A stretch of DNA of 64,000 nucleotides from Sedimentisphaerales bacterium (GTDB lineage Bacteria; Planctomycetota; Phycisphaerae; Sedimentisphaerales; Anaerobacaceae): contig JAXGYC010000008.1 in assembly GCA_040772485.1 (NCBI GenBank), positions 192,001 to 256,000 on the forward strand, read 5' to 3'. The position numbers and the translations under genes are program-made. Positions 40,645 to 50,179 of the stretch are shown here, in pieces (positions within the stretch are counted from its first letter, which is position 1; every line of letters begins with the position of its first letter). The notes below the pieces were generated by a model. That model searched no databases, was not told the origin of the DNA, and worked only from the letters and a program-made list of their open reading frames with translations.

Positions 40645-42240
40645 TCACGGTTTGGGAAACAGCGATTCGATCAACGCCAGGGTTTGCTCGACCAGTTCGC
40701 GCCCGCCTTCGGGGCCGATCTCGGTGCTCGCGGGAACCGCACCGTAAGCACCGCCGGCTACCGATCGGCGTGTGGGAAGGTACGTGCCGGCTCCCGTGAG
40801 TTGGACCACCAGAGTCTGCACCGCTCGGCTGCGCTGCTGTATCTGGACGCCATAATCCAGGTACAACTCGAACGGATTGGTCGCGATGGCCAAGTCGCCG
40901 ATGCGCAAGACATGGACCTCGTAGGGGAGCTTGGGGTGTTCCTGCTGTAGCTGGAAGCGGTCTCGGACGCTTGCCCCCCACATGGTTCTGCGATACGCCT
41001 GCGTGATCTCCGTGTACCACCGGTTGTTTTGCCTGGTTTCGGGATGCTCTTCGATGGTGCGACGCAACTCTTCGTACCGTTGCCGCCAGCGCTCCGACTC
41101 GCTCAGCGCCGAGGCCACGTCTTCGGCTGAGACCTGCCGCCGCATGAGCTCCACCTGCGCCACGCGATGGGCGAACGTGGGGCTCCATTCGATGGTCTTT
41201 TCCAGGTGCGGCAGGACCGAAACAACCGCATCGGCCAGGCGCTGCGCGATCTGCTGCCGACGATTCCGCCCCGTGATGCGTTCTATCCGTTGTTCGGCGT
41301 TTTCGCGTGTGCTCCCGCGGCCAATCAGATGGGGCGACTGATCGCCGGCCGCAGACGCTTGTGGCAATACAAAAAGACCCGGGCCTAATCGACGCCGCAG
41401 CTCTTCGCGCGTGTCGTGCCAGAAGTCGGCGCTAACCTGATACAGATTCTCGCTGCACTGCGACGGACAGGCGACGTTGATCACAACACCCGTCAGCGTC
41501 TTGTCTCGATCCCAGGTGAAGAGCAGGCCGACGCCGTGATCCTCGTATCCTTCGATGTGACTGAAATCGGGGCGCTCGGTGGGCCCGTACAGTTGTGACT
41601 GACCCGAGTCGTATGCCGTAAGCCGATTGTGGCCGACGACGGCGGAGCCCAAGCCGAAGCCGATGCCGCCGGGCTTGCGGCTCTTCCACGCCTGCTCCAC
41701 CGCCCCGGCGATGCGCACCGCAGCGTACTCCCGGTACTCGACGCCCGGCATAGCCGCCAGCTCGATGCCCCAATCCGCCCACGCGGGCGGAAGGTCCCAG
41801 CCATACTCTCTGGCGAGAGCGGCCTCACGATCCTGTGACCGATTGCCGAAGGCGGGCGCTGTGTGGGTATGGGTGGCGTTGAGGAACACCTTCGTCGGAT
41901 CAAGCTCGGGCAGCTTCGTGCGAACGTGCTCTCGAACCCGATCGCGCAGTTGATCGCCGATGGCTACCAGGTCGCAACTGACCAGGACGGCCCAATCTCT
42001 CGTGGCCCCCTTCTCGACCGCCTCCAGCGCCAACGCGGTGGCGGTCACGCGGTCCAGAATCCCCTCGGAAACACGGGCGTGGAATTGTCCGCGCAGCACC
42101 ACGGGCTGGTCGGGTGTAATGTCCACCGTGGCCCAACCGATGCAGAGATGATTCGACGCCGGGTCATTCGCGAAGACCGTTGTCGGTGCCATCAGGATGG
42201 CGGCCAGCACCGCGGTACTCAAGGATATGTTGCTGCTCAT
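40645..42240 (-). CDS. Secreted neutral/alkaline ceramidase-like amidohydrolase
   Basis: IGWATVDITP, VSCDL, NATHTHTAP, AAGDQSP and YLPT; GGAGG RBS before MSSN. Confidence 0.7.
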   Translation of the reverse strand: MSSNISLSTAVLAAILMAPTTVFANDPASNHLCIGWATVDITPDQPVVLRGQFHARVSEGILDRVTATALALEAVEKGATRDWAVLVSCDLVAIGDQLRDRVREHVRTKLPELDPTKVFLNATHTHTAPAFGNRSQDREAALAREYGWDLPPAWADWGIELAAMPGVEYREYAAVRIAGAVEQAWKSRKPGGIGFGLGSAVVGHNRLTAYDSGQSQLYGPTERPDFSHIEGYEDHGVGLLFTWDRDKTLTGVVINVACPSQCSENLYQVSADFWHDTREELRRRLGPGLFVLPQASAAGDQSPHLIGRGSTRENAEQRIERITGRNRRQQIAQRLADAVVSVLPHLEKTIEWSPTFAHRVAQVELMRRQVSAEDVASALSESERWRQRYEELRRTIEEHPETRQNNRWYTEITQAYRRTMWGASVRDRFQLQQEHPKLPYEVHVLRIGDLAIATNPFELYLDYGVQIQQRSRAVQTLVVQLTGAGTYLPTRRSVAGGAYGAVPASTEIGPEGGRELVEQTLALIESLFPKP

Positions 42241-42384
42241 AGTTCCTCCAAGTCTCTCCCGGCCGGACCGGCACACGGACACGACCTTTCAATAGTCCTG
42301 ATGTTACCAGAGGATGAGAATAGCCACAAATGCAGAGCTTGACAAGTGTGGTACAGGGTGTGCCTGTCAAGAACCAATCCTCCG

Positions 42385-42566
42385 CCTCCCCTACATGGTC
42401 CTCGGCGGCGATGTCCACGCCATCCCTATCGATCTTGTCGCGGGGCAGGACCGGCGCCGTCCGGATGAACTGCCGGCAGCGACTGAACACGAACAGCCGC
42501 GGTGCCTCCGGCTTGGTCACGTTCTTGAGCCGTTCGCGGAGCGACCCCCAGCCGTTCTGGCGGCTA
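42385..42566 (-). pseudogene. Fragment resembling the C-terminus of a phage terminase large subunit
   Basis: SRQNGWGSLRERLK..PRLFVFSRCRQFIRTAPVLPRDKIDRDGVDIAAEDHVGE matches my recollection of Terminase_6C-type C-termini. Confidence 0.6.
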
Positions 42567-42723
42567 TGGGTATCCCTCCGCCGGTCAGTGACAGGCATTG
42601 CGATGACGGTGTCGGGCTTGAAATCCAACGAGGCAAGGCATTATCCTGGTATTCGTAGAATCGATTCGTTTCAGGGGCCTACCCGGAATGCACCAACATT
42701 CGTAGATGTGGAAGGAGCTTGCT

Positions 42724-44022
42724 ATGGGACGCGTCCAACCGGGATGCTTGGGGCGATTCAGGCATGTGTGCATGGGGCTTCTGATTGTGGTTTCATGCGC
42801 CTTGGGTCAGTCCTCTCCGGAGCCAACGTTCCCTTCCAGCCAGTCCAATGAGGCCCAGGGAGGAATCACTTCCCGGCTCTTCACGCTTTCGCAACTCGGT
42901 CCGGAACACCTGGCGAACGCCGTTTATCGCCAAGGCGCCGAGAGGAACTCCTGCATTGTGGCCTGGGGCGACCGCCTTCTCCAGTGGCCTCTGGCGAAGA
43001 ATGGGGCGATGCGCGAAGTCTATCCGCGGCAGGAAGACTGGCGGTATAACAACGGCGGTTGTGCTTGGGATGTGGATGAGGACGGCGTCGACGAGATCGT
43101 GACCAGTCGTGGGCCGGGAGGGCATGGAGGAACCCCCCGACAGCACGAACTGGTCTGGTTCGACGAGGTGGAAGGCCGGGGTCAATTCCGGATACACACG
43201 TTCGCACGTATGGACATCGTCGAGTGGGCGGCCCCGCATGACATCCAGCCGTTGGAGGTCCAGGTAGGCGAGGAGCGGGTCCGGGGCGTCGTCTACAACG
43301 TCTCGCGTCGTCAGCTATACTTGGCCGAGGTCCCCCATGATCCCGAGGCCGAATGGCTGATCCACGAGATCGGCCGCTTCCCGAGCGATATGCAATCCGG
43401 CATGGAGATCGCCGACATCGATGGCGACGGACGCGACGACATCGTCAGCGGTATGTTCTGGATCCGCACGCCGCAGGATCCGCGCAGGGGCAACTGGTCA
43501 TTCTACCGCTATGGAGAATGGCAGGAGAACCAGTGGGCGGGGATGGTCAAACCCAAAGTCCAGGATATGGATGGCGACGGGGTGGCAGAGATCGTGGTCA
43601 CCGAGGCGGAGATCCCCGAGGCGCGGCTGGCGATCTTCAAACGCGGAGCCGACCCCACGAAGCTGTGGCAGACGCATCGCCTCGACAAGGGACTCTACGC
43701 CCCCCACAGTCTCGAGGTGACCGATGCCGACGAGGACGGGGACTGCGACATCATCGCCGGCGAGATGACCGCCGGGGGCTGGGACTTCCCGATGCAGGAG
43801 AATCCTACCATCTGGATCTATGTCAACCAAGGCGGCCTGAGCTTTCACAAGGGCCCGCTGGCACAGGGCGAGGGGGTTCACGAGATGAAGCTGGCCCCCG
43901 TGAGAATCGACGGCATGCAGGTCCTGTTTGCCGCCGACGAGATTCAACTCTGGAAGTTCTCGGAGATGGATACACACGTGGGATTCTGGTTGATTGTGCC
44001 GCCACGCCGCTCACCTCGATAG
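42724..44022 (+). CDS. Secreted FG-GAP/VCBS repeat protein
   Basis: Repeated DVDEDGVDEI, DIDGDGRDDI, DMDGDGVAEI and DADEDGDCDI motifs; signal-like N-terminus; AAGGAG RBS. Confidence 0.8.
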   Translation: MGRVQPGCLGRFRHVCMGLLIVVSCALGQSSPEPTFPSSQSNEAQGGITSRLFTLSQLGPEHLANAVYRQGAERNSCIVAWGDRLLQWPLAKNGAMREVYPRQEDWRYNNGGCAWDVDEDGVDEIVTSRGPGGHGGTPRQHELVWFDEVEGRGQFRIHTFARMDIVEWAAPHDIQPLEVQVGEERVRGVVYNVSRRQLYLAEVPHDPEAEWLIHEIGRFPSDMQSGMEIADIDGDGRDDIVSGMFWIRTPQDPRRGNWSFYRYGEWQENQWAGMVKPKVQDMDGDGVAEIVVTEAEIPEARLAIFKRGADPTKLWQTHRLDKGLYAPHSLEVTDADEDGDCDIIAGEMTAGGWDFPMQENPTIWIYVNQGGLSFHKGPLAQGEGVHEMKLAPVRIDGMQVLFAADEIQLWKFSEMDTHVGFWLIVPPRRSPR

Positions 44023-44368
44023 CAGCATGTCAGGAATCGTGGAAGAACCTGCCTGTACCTGTCAGGCGCCGGTGGGACGATCATGGAAACCGGCCTCTTG
44101 CTCTGGGACATAGGCACTTACGTCTCACTTACAGGGGCGGCCCCAGGGCCGCTTGACAGGCGCACCCTGCCCCGTCTCCGCTCTCGCCGAACCCCGCTTT
44201 CAATAGTCAGTCATGATTCCAAGACCCCGTGTTCCGCAGGGAGAGCGACACATGGAGCGGCTGCTGGATTTCGGCCTCGAATCTGCCCGTTTGGCTGGTG
44301 GAGGTGGCATGCTCGTCCTTGGACTGCCCAGCCTTCGAAGAGATCCTATGGAACGAGGCCGGGGGCTA

Positions 44369-45166
44369 TCAGGGGTGCGGCAAGCGCTTCTGCTCGGCAT
44401 CCGTCGGAGGCCAGTGTCTGAAGGTGGACCACATGCCGGGGCTGCCGGCGTCCCATGCCTCCTGGCTCCAGACCTTGTCCTTCTTCCGGTACTCGACGTG
44501 GCCGTCGTAGAAGGCCAGGTTGACCCCTTCGCTGTGCCGGTACAGCGTGGGCCCGTCACAGCCGACGTCCTTGTAAGGCATGATCGTGTCCTGGCCCAGG
44601 ACGTCCCAGCCCTGGACATAGTTCGCCCCCTTCCACCAGAACCACCAGTCATTGCTCTCGCTGAAGAAGAGCTTGCTGGCGGGCGTGGGCACAGTCGTGT
44701 TCTTGTGGCCGGCATAGCCGAAGGCATACCAATCCGAGTAGTACCAGTCCGTGATGTTGGCGCCGTAGCTCAGGAAGTTGCTGTAGAGTCGATCCGGGCG
44801 TTCCTGTATGCCGACCAGATCGCTGGGGCAGCGGAACTCCTTCGGGGAGTGCCAGTCGCTCTCGCCCTCGCCCTGCCTGGCCTTGTAGCCCAGCAGCTTT
44901 CGGAAGAGCTGATTGGAGGGCCAGCCGACCTGGCTGGTGCTGCCACTGCCCTGCGGGCGGTAGATGATGGGCACATACCAGCCGTCCGATTCCTCCGCGT
45001 ACACGACATTGGCCAGGCCCAGGCTCCGGACATGATTGCTGCAGACCATCCGTTTGCCCAACTCCTTGGCCCTCATCAAGGCGGGCATCAAGATGGCCAT
45101 CAACAGGGCGATGATAGAGATGACGACAAGCAGCTCAATCAGGGTGAAAGCTCTCTTCGTTCCCAT
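44369..45166 (-). CDS. Prepilin-type N-terminal cleavage/methylation, H-X9-DG domain protein
   Basis: KRAFTLIELLVVISIIALLMAILMP; FRCPSD; RHSEGVNLAFYDGH. Confidence 0.9.
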   Translation of the reverse strand: MGTKRAFTLIELLVVISIIALLMAILMPALMRAKELGKRMVCSNHVRSLGLANVVYAEESDGWYVPIIYRPQGSGSTSQVGWPSNQLFRKLLGYKARQGEGESDWHSPKEFRCPSDLVGIQERPDRLYSNFLSYGANITDWYYSDWYAFGYAGHKNTTVPTPASKLFFSESNDWWFWWKGANYVQGWDVLGQDTIMPYKDVGCDGPTLYRHSEGVNLAFYDGHVEYRKKDKVWSQEAWDAGSPGMWSTFRHWPPTDAEQKRLPHP

Positions 45167-45287
45167 GGCGAGTCACTCCCGGGATTTGGCTCCCTTCTGA
45201 CCCCGTTCGGCCATGCCACCGAGCCGTACGATACCATTATACCAGCGCCTTTGCCTTGCACCTAATGTATCGGAGCGGAAAAGAATG

Positions 45288-46703
45288 TCAGAATAGAGGC
45301 TCGCAGACGCGGCAAATGAGGGCCACCTGAGTGCCGGTGGAACCATGAAGGGCCGGCTTCTTCCCCGGCAAGGCGCCGCCGGAACCCGCCACATCCAGCG
45401 GTGGGATCTCATCCGCCGGACCGTCCAGCGTCAGCTTGACGATCGTGTCGATATCGCGTGAATCCGGCTGGGAAACCGTCAACGTAATACCGGAATCCGT
45501 CTGAACCACGGACGCCGTGCCGCCTGTGAGCAACTGGCTCTTGATGATCCTCTTGGGTAGCGGTGGCAGTGCAAGTCTTTCGTTGTCCCACTGCAGCACA
45601 TGGACGTAGATGATGTTCCCCTTGCGCGTGCTGACCAGCGATGAAGCAGGTTTGAACGGTCCGCCGCGCGTGCCGTAGATGCTCTCCCCGTTTCTTTCCA
45701 GCCACAACCCGACCTCCCGGAGCACCTCGACCTGTCGCGGTTCTATTCGTCCATCCGGCATTGGCCCCACGTTGAGCAGCAGGTTCCCGTCGCCGCCTAC
45801 GGTGCGAGCAAGAATATGGATCACTTCCTTGGCCGACTTGATGGTGTCGTTCGGTTTCCACGACCACTGCGTGCCGAGCGTCATACAGGTCTCCCAGGGG
45901 CGTTGGTCGTCGTACTGACCGATCTGCTGTTCCGGGGTGTAGTAGTCGGCACTCCCACTGAGGATTTCGTTGTTGCTGTCGCCGACACCAAGGTCGAGGC
46001 GGTTGTTGATGATGATCTCCGGCTGCATGCTCCGCACAATGGCATAAGTATCGGGCTGGTCATAGAGGGGTTCATGGCCATCCCAGTCGAACCAGAGCAG
46101 ATCAATGCGTCCGTAGTTGCCCAGTAGTTCGCTCACCTCCTTCTGCATCCGAACCAGAAACGCCGCATTGCGCTCCGTACGGAAATCCGGATCGCGCCAG
46201 TCCATCGGGGAAAAATACCAGCCCAGCCTCATCCCCTCGTCATGCGCGGCCTTCGCCAACTCCTGGCAGACGTCACGCTGAAACGGAGTGTTTGCGATGT
46301 TGTAGTCATCCGTCCGGGAATGCCATAGCAGGAAGCCATCGCAGTGCTTTGCCGTCAGCACCATGTATTTCATGCCCGCGGCGCGGGCGGTGTCCACCCA
46401 CTCCGACGCGTCAAACTGGACCGGATTGAAACGCTGATAAAGGCGGTCATAGACTTCGACCGGCGTGGGGCCCTTGTTAGGACACTTGGGATTCGAATTG
46501 GCGCGTGACCAACTGATCTCCAGCCCTGTCAGGCTCACGGGTCCCCAATGAATAAACATGCCGAACCGTGCTTGCCGCCACCACGCCATCCGGACCTCGC
46601 GTTGGGCTCTGGCATCTTCAGGAAGACTCGATGGACCGGGCTGCGCGACGGCGACCGACAGAGGGATCAGAAGCCCCAACGCAAGAAATGCCACTTTCCT
46701 CAT
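45288..46703 (-). CDS. Alpha-L-fucosidase (GH29)
   Basis: ARFGMFIHWG, AGMKYMVLTAKHCDGF, YFSPMDW, LWFD, WETCMT and NLLLNVGP; signal peptide MRKVAF. Confidence 0.92.
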   Translation of the reverse strand: MRKVAFLALGLLIPLSVAVAQPGPSSLPEDARAQREVRMAWWRQARFGMFIHWGPVSLTGLEISWSRANSNPKCPNKGPTPVEVYDRLYQRFNPVQFDASEWVDTARAAGMKYMVLTAKHCDGFLLWHSRTDDYNIANTPFQRDVCQELAKAAHDEGMRLGWYFSPMDWRDPDFRTERNAAFLVRMQKEVSELLGNYGRIDLLWFDWDGHEPLYDQPDTYAIVRSMQPEIIINNRLDLGVGDSNNEILSGSADYYTPEQQIGQYDDQRPWETCMTLGTQWSWKPNDTIKSAKEVIHILARTVGGDGNLLLNVGPMPDGRIEPRQVEVLREVGLWLERNGESIYGTRGGPFKPASSLVSTRKGNIIYVHVLQWDNERLALPPLPKRIIKSQLLTGGTASVVQTDSGITLTVSQPDSRDIDTIVKLTLDGPADEIPPLDVAGSGGALPGKKPALHGSTGTQVALICRVCEPLF

Positions 46704-46835
46704 GGCTGCCTCCACAATCCACAGGTACGCTCGCGTCTGCCGGACTTCAAAGACACAAACACATGCGAAACCATGAATGAAAGAATAGTAGGTGGGCATC
46801 TGCACGTCAAGGAGACGACAGACCAGGAAGACCCC

Positions 46836-47103
46836 TGACCTGCCCACCGTCCGTGGGGCAGGTCAAGAATACACCAAATCATTCGATCATATTCTCACTG
46901 CAGACTGGACCAGATTTCGGGGGGCAGGTCACTGGCGAATGGATTACAATCACTACTGGCCGCACAGTTCGCTGGGCTACCTGAGCCCGGTGGCGTTCGC
47001 GACGAGTTGTTCTGGGGCTGACCCCGCCACGCTTCGTCAGCCCCAGAACAGCGACAGCTCAAGACGCGCATAAGGAGTGGGTCAGGATCGGGGGGGAAGG
47101 TCA
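46836..47103 (+). mobile_element. IS3-family remnants (stacked terminal repeats plus transposase C-terminal fragment)
   Basis: WRMDYNHYWPHSSLGYLSPVAFA (rve_3-like tail); ends in GG(C/A)AGGTCA at 46865, 46931 and 47103; TGACCTGCCC at 46836. Confidence 0.75.
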
Positions 47104-49962
47104 GTGGATGTCCTCCTCTCTCGGAGGCTGACACATGAAGTCGGTGGCAGGCTGATGGTGGTAGAATCACATTTCGTATCAGTCACCACCCCGATTGGGG
47201 ACCTGAAATCTGTCTGGATCGGGGAACAAACACACACGAGAGTCTCCCAGTATCAGACCGCCTTCCTGACGGGTGCAAAACGCCTCCAGGCTCAAGGACT
47301 CGAAAGATTCGCGACAGATTCGGTTGAGGCCTCTTCGAAAGGGGGCACCGGGATCTACAGTGACAATCAGATTCGCCAGCTGGTCAACAATGCATATGCG
47401 GAGTTGCGGATTTATCCAATGGAAGAGCATCTGCAATCGCGCATGCAGAAATCCCTGTACTGGGTTTTGCCGATCCTGAAGAGGGCTTTACGGAAGCTGG
47501 TTGAAAAAGGCGACTTGGAGGATATCCCTGACGATCCGACGCACAGGATCCTGCAGAACCTCAAGAGATACTGCCTCATCCATGCTCCCAAAACGACTTT
47601 TGGCGCCTATATTGTCGAGGGCACATTGTATGTGGAAAGGCCGTATCTGGGGCTTCATATGCTTGAGGAAATCTTGTTTCACGAACTGCTGGAAGCTTGT
47701 GGGGCATCTCATTATCAGGCTGTGAAGCTGACGCAGGATCACCTCTGGGATGCTCTGCTCCCTGAAAAGGAGTATGTTGCAGCGGATACGGATAGCATTC
47801 CCGACGAGTGGGATGATGCTGATGCTGTCATTGACGAGATCTACACGCCCAGGAAGGCGGCAATTGAATCTGCGAATGCGGACATCGAAGCGGCCCAGGA
47901 GGATATCCAGACCGGGCGAGCATATGATTTGCCTGAACAGAGCAATAAGGCACAGGAATTCTTCCACAAGAAATTCGAGCGGTTCAACAGAGCCGTCCAC
48001 AACGCCACATATCAACACGGAAATTATGTGGATTTGCGCGACTTGCCCAACAATGTGGAAATCTATGTGATTGGCGATGCGCATGCCTGTTGGGATAATG
48101 TGGAATTCATCCTCAGGCATAGGGCCCAGTTCATTCCCGGTACAACCATTGCGATCGGTGGAGTTCCATTGTCTGTGCTGGAGAAAGTACAAAGAGGTGA
48201 AGCTGTGCTTGTCTTCAATGGGGATGTTGTGCACTACGACGTTCACAGTGAATACACGCTTGCACAGCAAGACTATATCCGGACCAAGGCAGGCCCGAAC
48301 AGAGCATTTCTGAGGAAGAAAGAAGCTCAGATCATGCGCAAACTGGCTGATATGAGAGCAACCATGACCATACTTGACCTGGTGATGGACCTCAAGATAG
48401 AGAATCCGGATCACGTGTATTGGATCTTAGGCAATCATGATGACTGCATCTATCGCGGTGCGGCAAAATGGAGCATTCATCAGCATTCGCTCTATTGGCT
48501 TGCACTGAAAGAGCGATTTGGACCATGTTGGGGGCATCACTATATCCGCTTCGTTGATGATTGCCCATTGGGGCTGATTTGTGACGGCATGTATGCTTTC
48601 CACGGTGGATTTCCTAAGGAACGCTTGGCGGATTACGAGCAGTGCGAAAAAAACGATCCAGTCGTCAAAGAGTTTGTTGGCACAGGTTTTCGCAATCGCC
48701 ATTTTGACGCTGAAATATCCTCCTTCCTGGAGGCAGAGGGGATCTTCTTTACTTTGATTCTGTTGAGTCATATGCCGGGCTTGTTGGAAAAGAATGAATA
48801 CTGGGCATGGTTGCATAGCAATTCCGTCTGCATGATTTACGGCGCCAAAATCTACACGGGATATGCCATTTTCAAGAATAGAGGCAGTCTTGCCTTTGAA
48901 AATGTGACTGACCCGAGAGGCGTAGAGCTTACGCCCCCCAGGGATTTTGCCATCCCTGCGGTTGAAATCGAACGCCGTTGGGACAGGTTGAGAGTGTATG
49001 TCAGTAACTTGCGTCTCGGCCATTACAGAGACTACACGTTGTACGACGAGACGCCCGTTGTGACGAGGCTCCAGAAGGAGGAACTCATTGAGGTGTCCAT
49101 GCGGGAGATAAGTGAACCTGCGGAAGAGACACATGAGACCTATGAGTTGCCGCGTCAAAGTTGGCTTGCGACCCGTAAGGAAAACATGCGATTCATGCGG
49201 GATACGGCTTCGGCTGTTTGCTATGATGCCGTGATGGCCTTCGTCAGCGGGATTTGCTCTCTGGGCAAGAAATTCTGGGGCCTCGCTGGACTGCTGGGAC
49301 GATTGATTAGCCCCCTCATCAAACTATGGAGTGTGTTGAAACGAGTACTCAGTCCTGTCGTGAGGTTTATGGGGATCATAGCGCGTCCTTTCATTGGGGT
49401 AACACGCTGTGTGATCCGACTTGTCGGAAAAGTCACAAAGGGCATGGGTCGTATCTTCACTTCCATATATGACCAATACCGCAAATGGGGCTTGTCTGAC
49501 CGCATGATTGTCTGTTTGACCGGCATGGAGGAAGGGTTCTTCAGCGGCATCTGGACATGCCTTGTCAACCCGAGTTTCAAATCCATGCTGCGCTTGAATC
49601 CATGGACGGGAGTGATTCTGGACCTGCTGGGGAACGTGATTCCGTTTCTGCTGTTGCACCACCAGCGCTTAGTTTACAGAGGAGGTCATATCTGGCGCGT
49701 TCCTCCGGATGATACCAAGCGGGAGAAACTCCGCGATTATGCTTGGCTGATGGGTATGCGCGTGTCTTTGAATTTGATCCTTGTGCTGATGCTTCATTTT
49801 CTGCCACGGAGCACGAGTGGTTTCTTCGGATTACCAGTTCTCTGGATCCTCCACAGCGCGGTCAATTTCTTGGGCCAGCCCATGGGGATGGTTTCAGACA
49901 ACACAGAATTCGCAACCCAACAAAGTGCTGCGCTCTACGTGGAGAGAACACTGAAGACATGA
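47077..49962 (+). CDS. Large multidomain protein: HExxE region + PPP-like metallophosphoesterase + C-terminal membrane domain (CPBP-like); true start uncertain (possibly 47155)
   Basis: FHELLE; IGDAH, NGDVVH, LGNHD, FHGG and LSH; hydrophobic C-terminus with EEGFF, FLLLH and LHSAVN. Visibly lower GC than its neighbours. Confidence 0.72.
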   Translation: MGQDRGGRSVDVLLSRRLTHEVGGRLMVVESHFVSVTTPIGDLKSVWIGEQTHTRVSQYQTAFLTGAKRLQAQGLERFATDSVEASSKGGTGIYSDNQIRQLVNNAYAELRIYPMEEHLQSRMQKSLYWVLPILKRALRKLVEKGDLEDIPDDPTHRILQNLKRYCLIHAPKTTFGAYIVEGTLYVERPYLGLHMLEEILFHELLEACGASHYQAVKLTQDHLWDALLPEKEYVAADTDSIPDEWDDADAVIDEIYTPRKAAIESANADIEAAQEDIQTGRAYDLPEQSNKAQEFFHKKFERFNRAVHNATYQHGNYVDLRDLPNNVEIYVIGDAHACWDNVEFILRHRAQFIPGTTIAIGGVPLSVLEKVQRGEAVLVFNGDVVHYDVHSEYTLAQQDYIRTKAGPNRAFLRKKEAQIMRKLADMRATMTILDLVMDLKIENPDHVYWILGNHDDCIYRGAAKWSIHQHSLYWLALKERFGPCWGHHYIRFVDDCPLGLICDGMYAFHGGFPKERLADYEQCEKNDPVVKEFVGTGFRNRHFDAEISSFLEAEGIFFTLILLSHMPGLLEKNEYWAWLHSNSVCMIYGAKIYTGYAIFKNRGSLAFENVTDPRGVELTPPRDFAIPAVEIERRWDRLRVYVSNLRLGHYRDYTLYDETPVVTRLQKEELIEVSMREISEPAEETHETYELPRQSWLATRKENMRFMRDTASAVCYDAVMAFVSGICSLGKKFWGLAGLLGRLISPLIKLWSVLKRVLSPVVRFMGIIARPFIGVTRCVIRLVGKVTKGMGRIFTSIYDQYRKWGLSDRMIVCLTGMEEGFFSGIWTCLVNPSFKSMLRLNPWTGVILDLLGNVIPFLLLHHQRLVYRGGHIWRVPPDDTKREKLRDYAWLMGMRVSLNLILVLMLHFLPRSTSGFFGLPVLWILHSAVNFLGQPMGMVSDNTEFATQQSAALYVERTLKT

Positions 49963-50026
49963 AGAAATGGATTTTGTTGCGTACATGATTATCCAGAAGG
50001 CCACGGGCTCTTCCGCCCGCAAGTTC

Positions 50027-50170
50027 TTTAGCTACCAGACGCCAGCGGCGTTCGCGGCCGCCTGTTTGGCTGGGGCTCCGGCTTCCGCGGGGCCTGCGCC
50101 TTCGCCAAACAGGACAGAAGCAGTTGACAACCCTCTACTCACAACTGGTACATGATCCGCGGGCAGGTCA
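50027..50170 (+). mobile_element. IS3-family right-end remnant
   Basis: SYQTPAAFAA tail, hairpin at 50061-50113, and end sequence CTGGTACATGATCCGCGGGCAGGTCA. Confidence 0.7.
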
Positions 50171-50179
50171 TTTGCTTTT

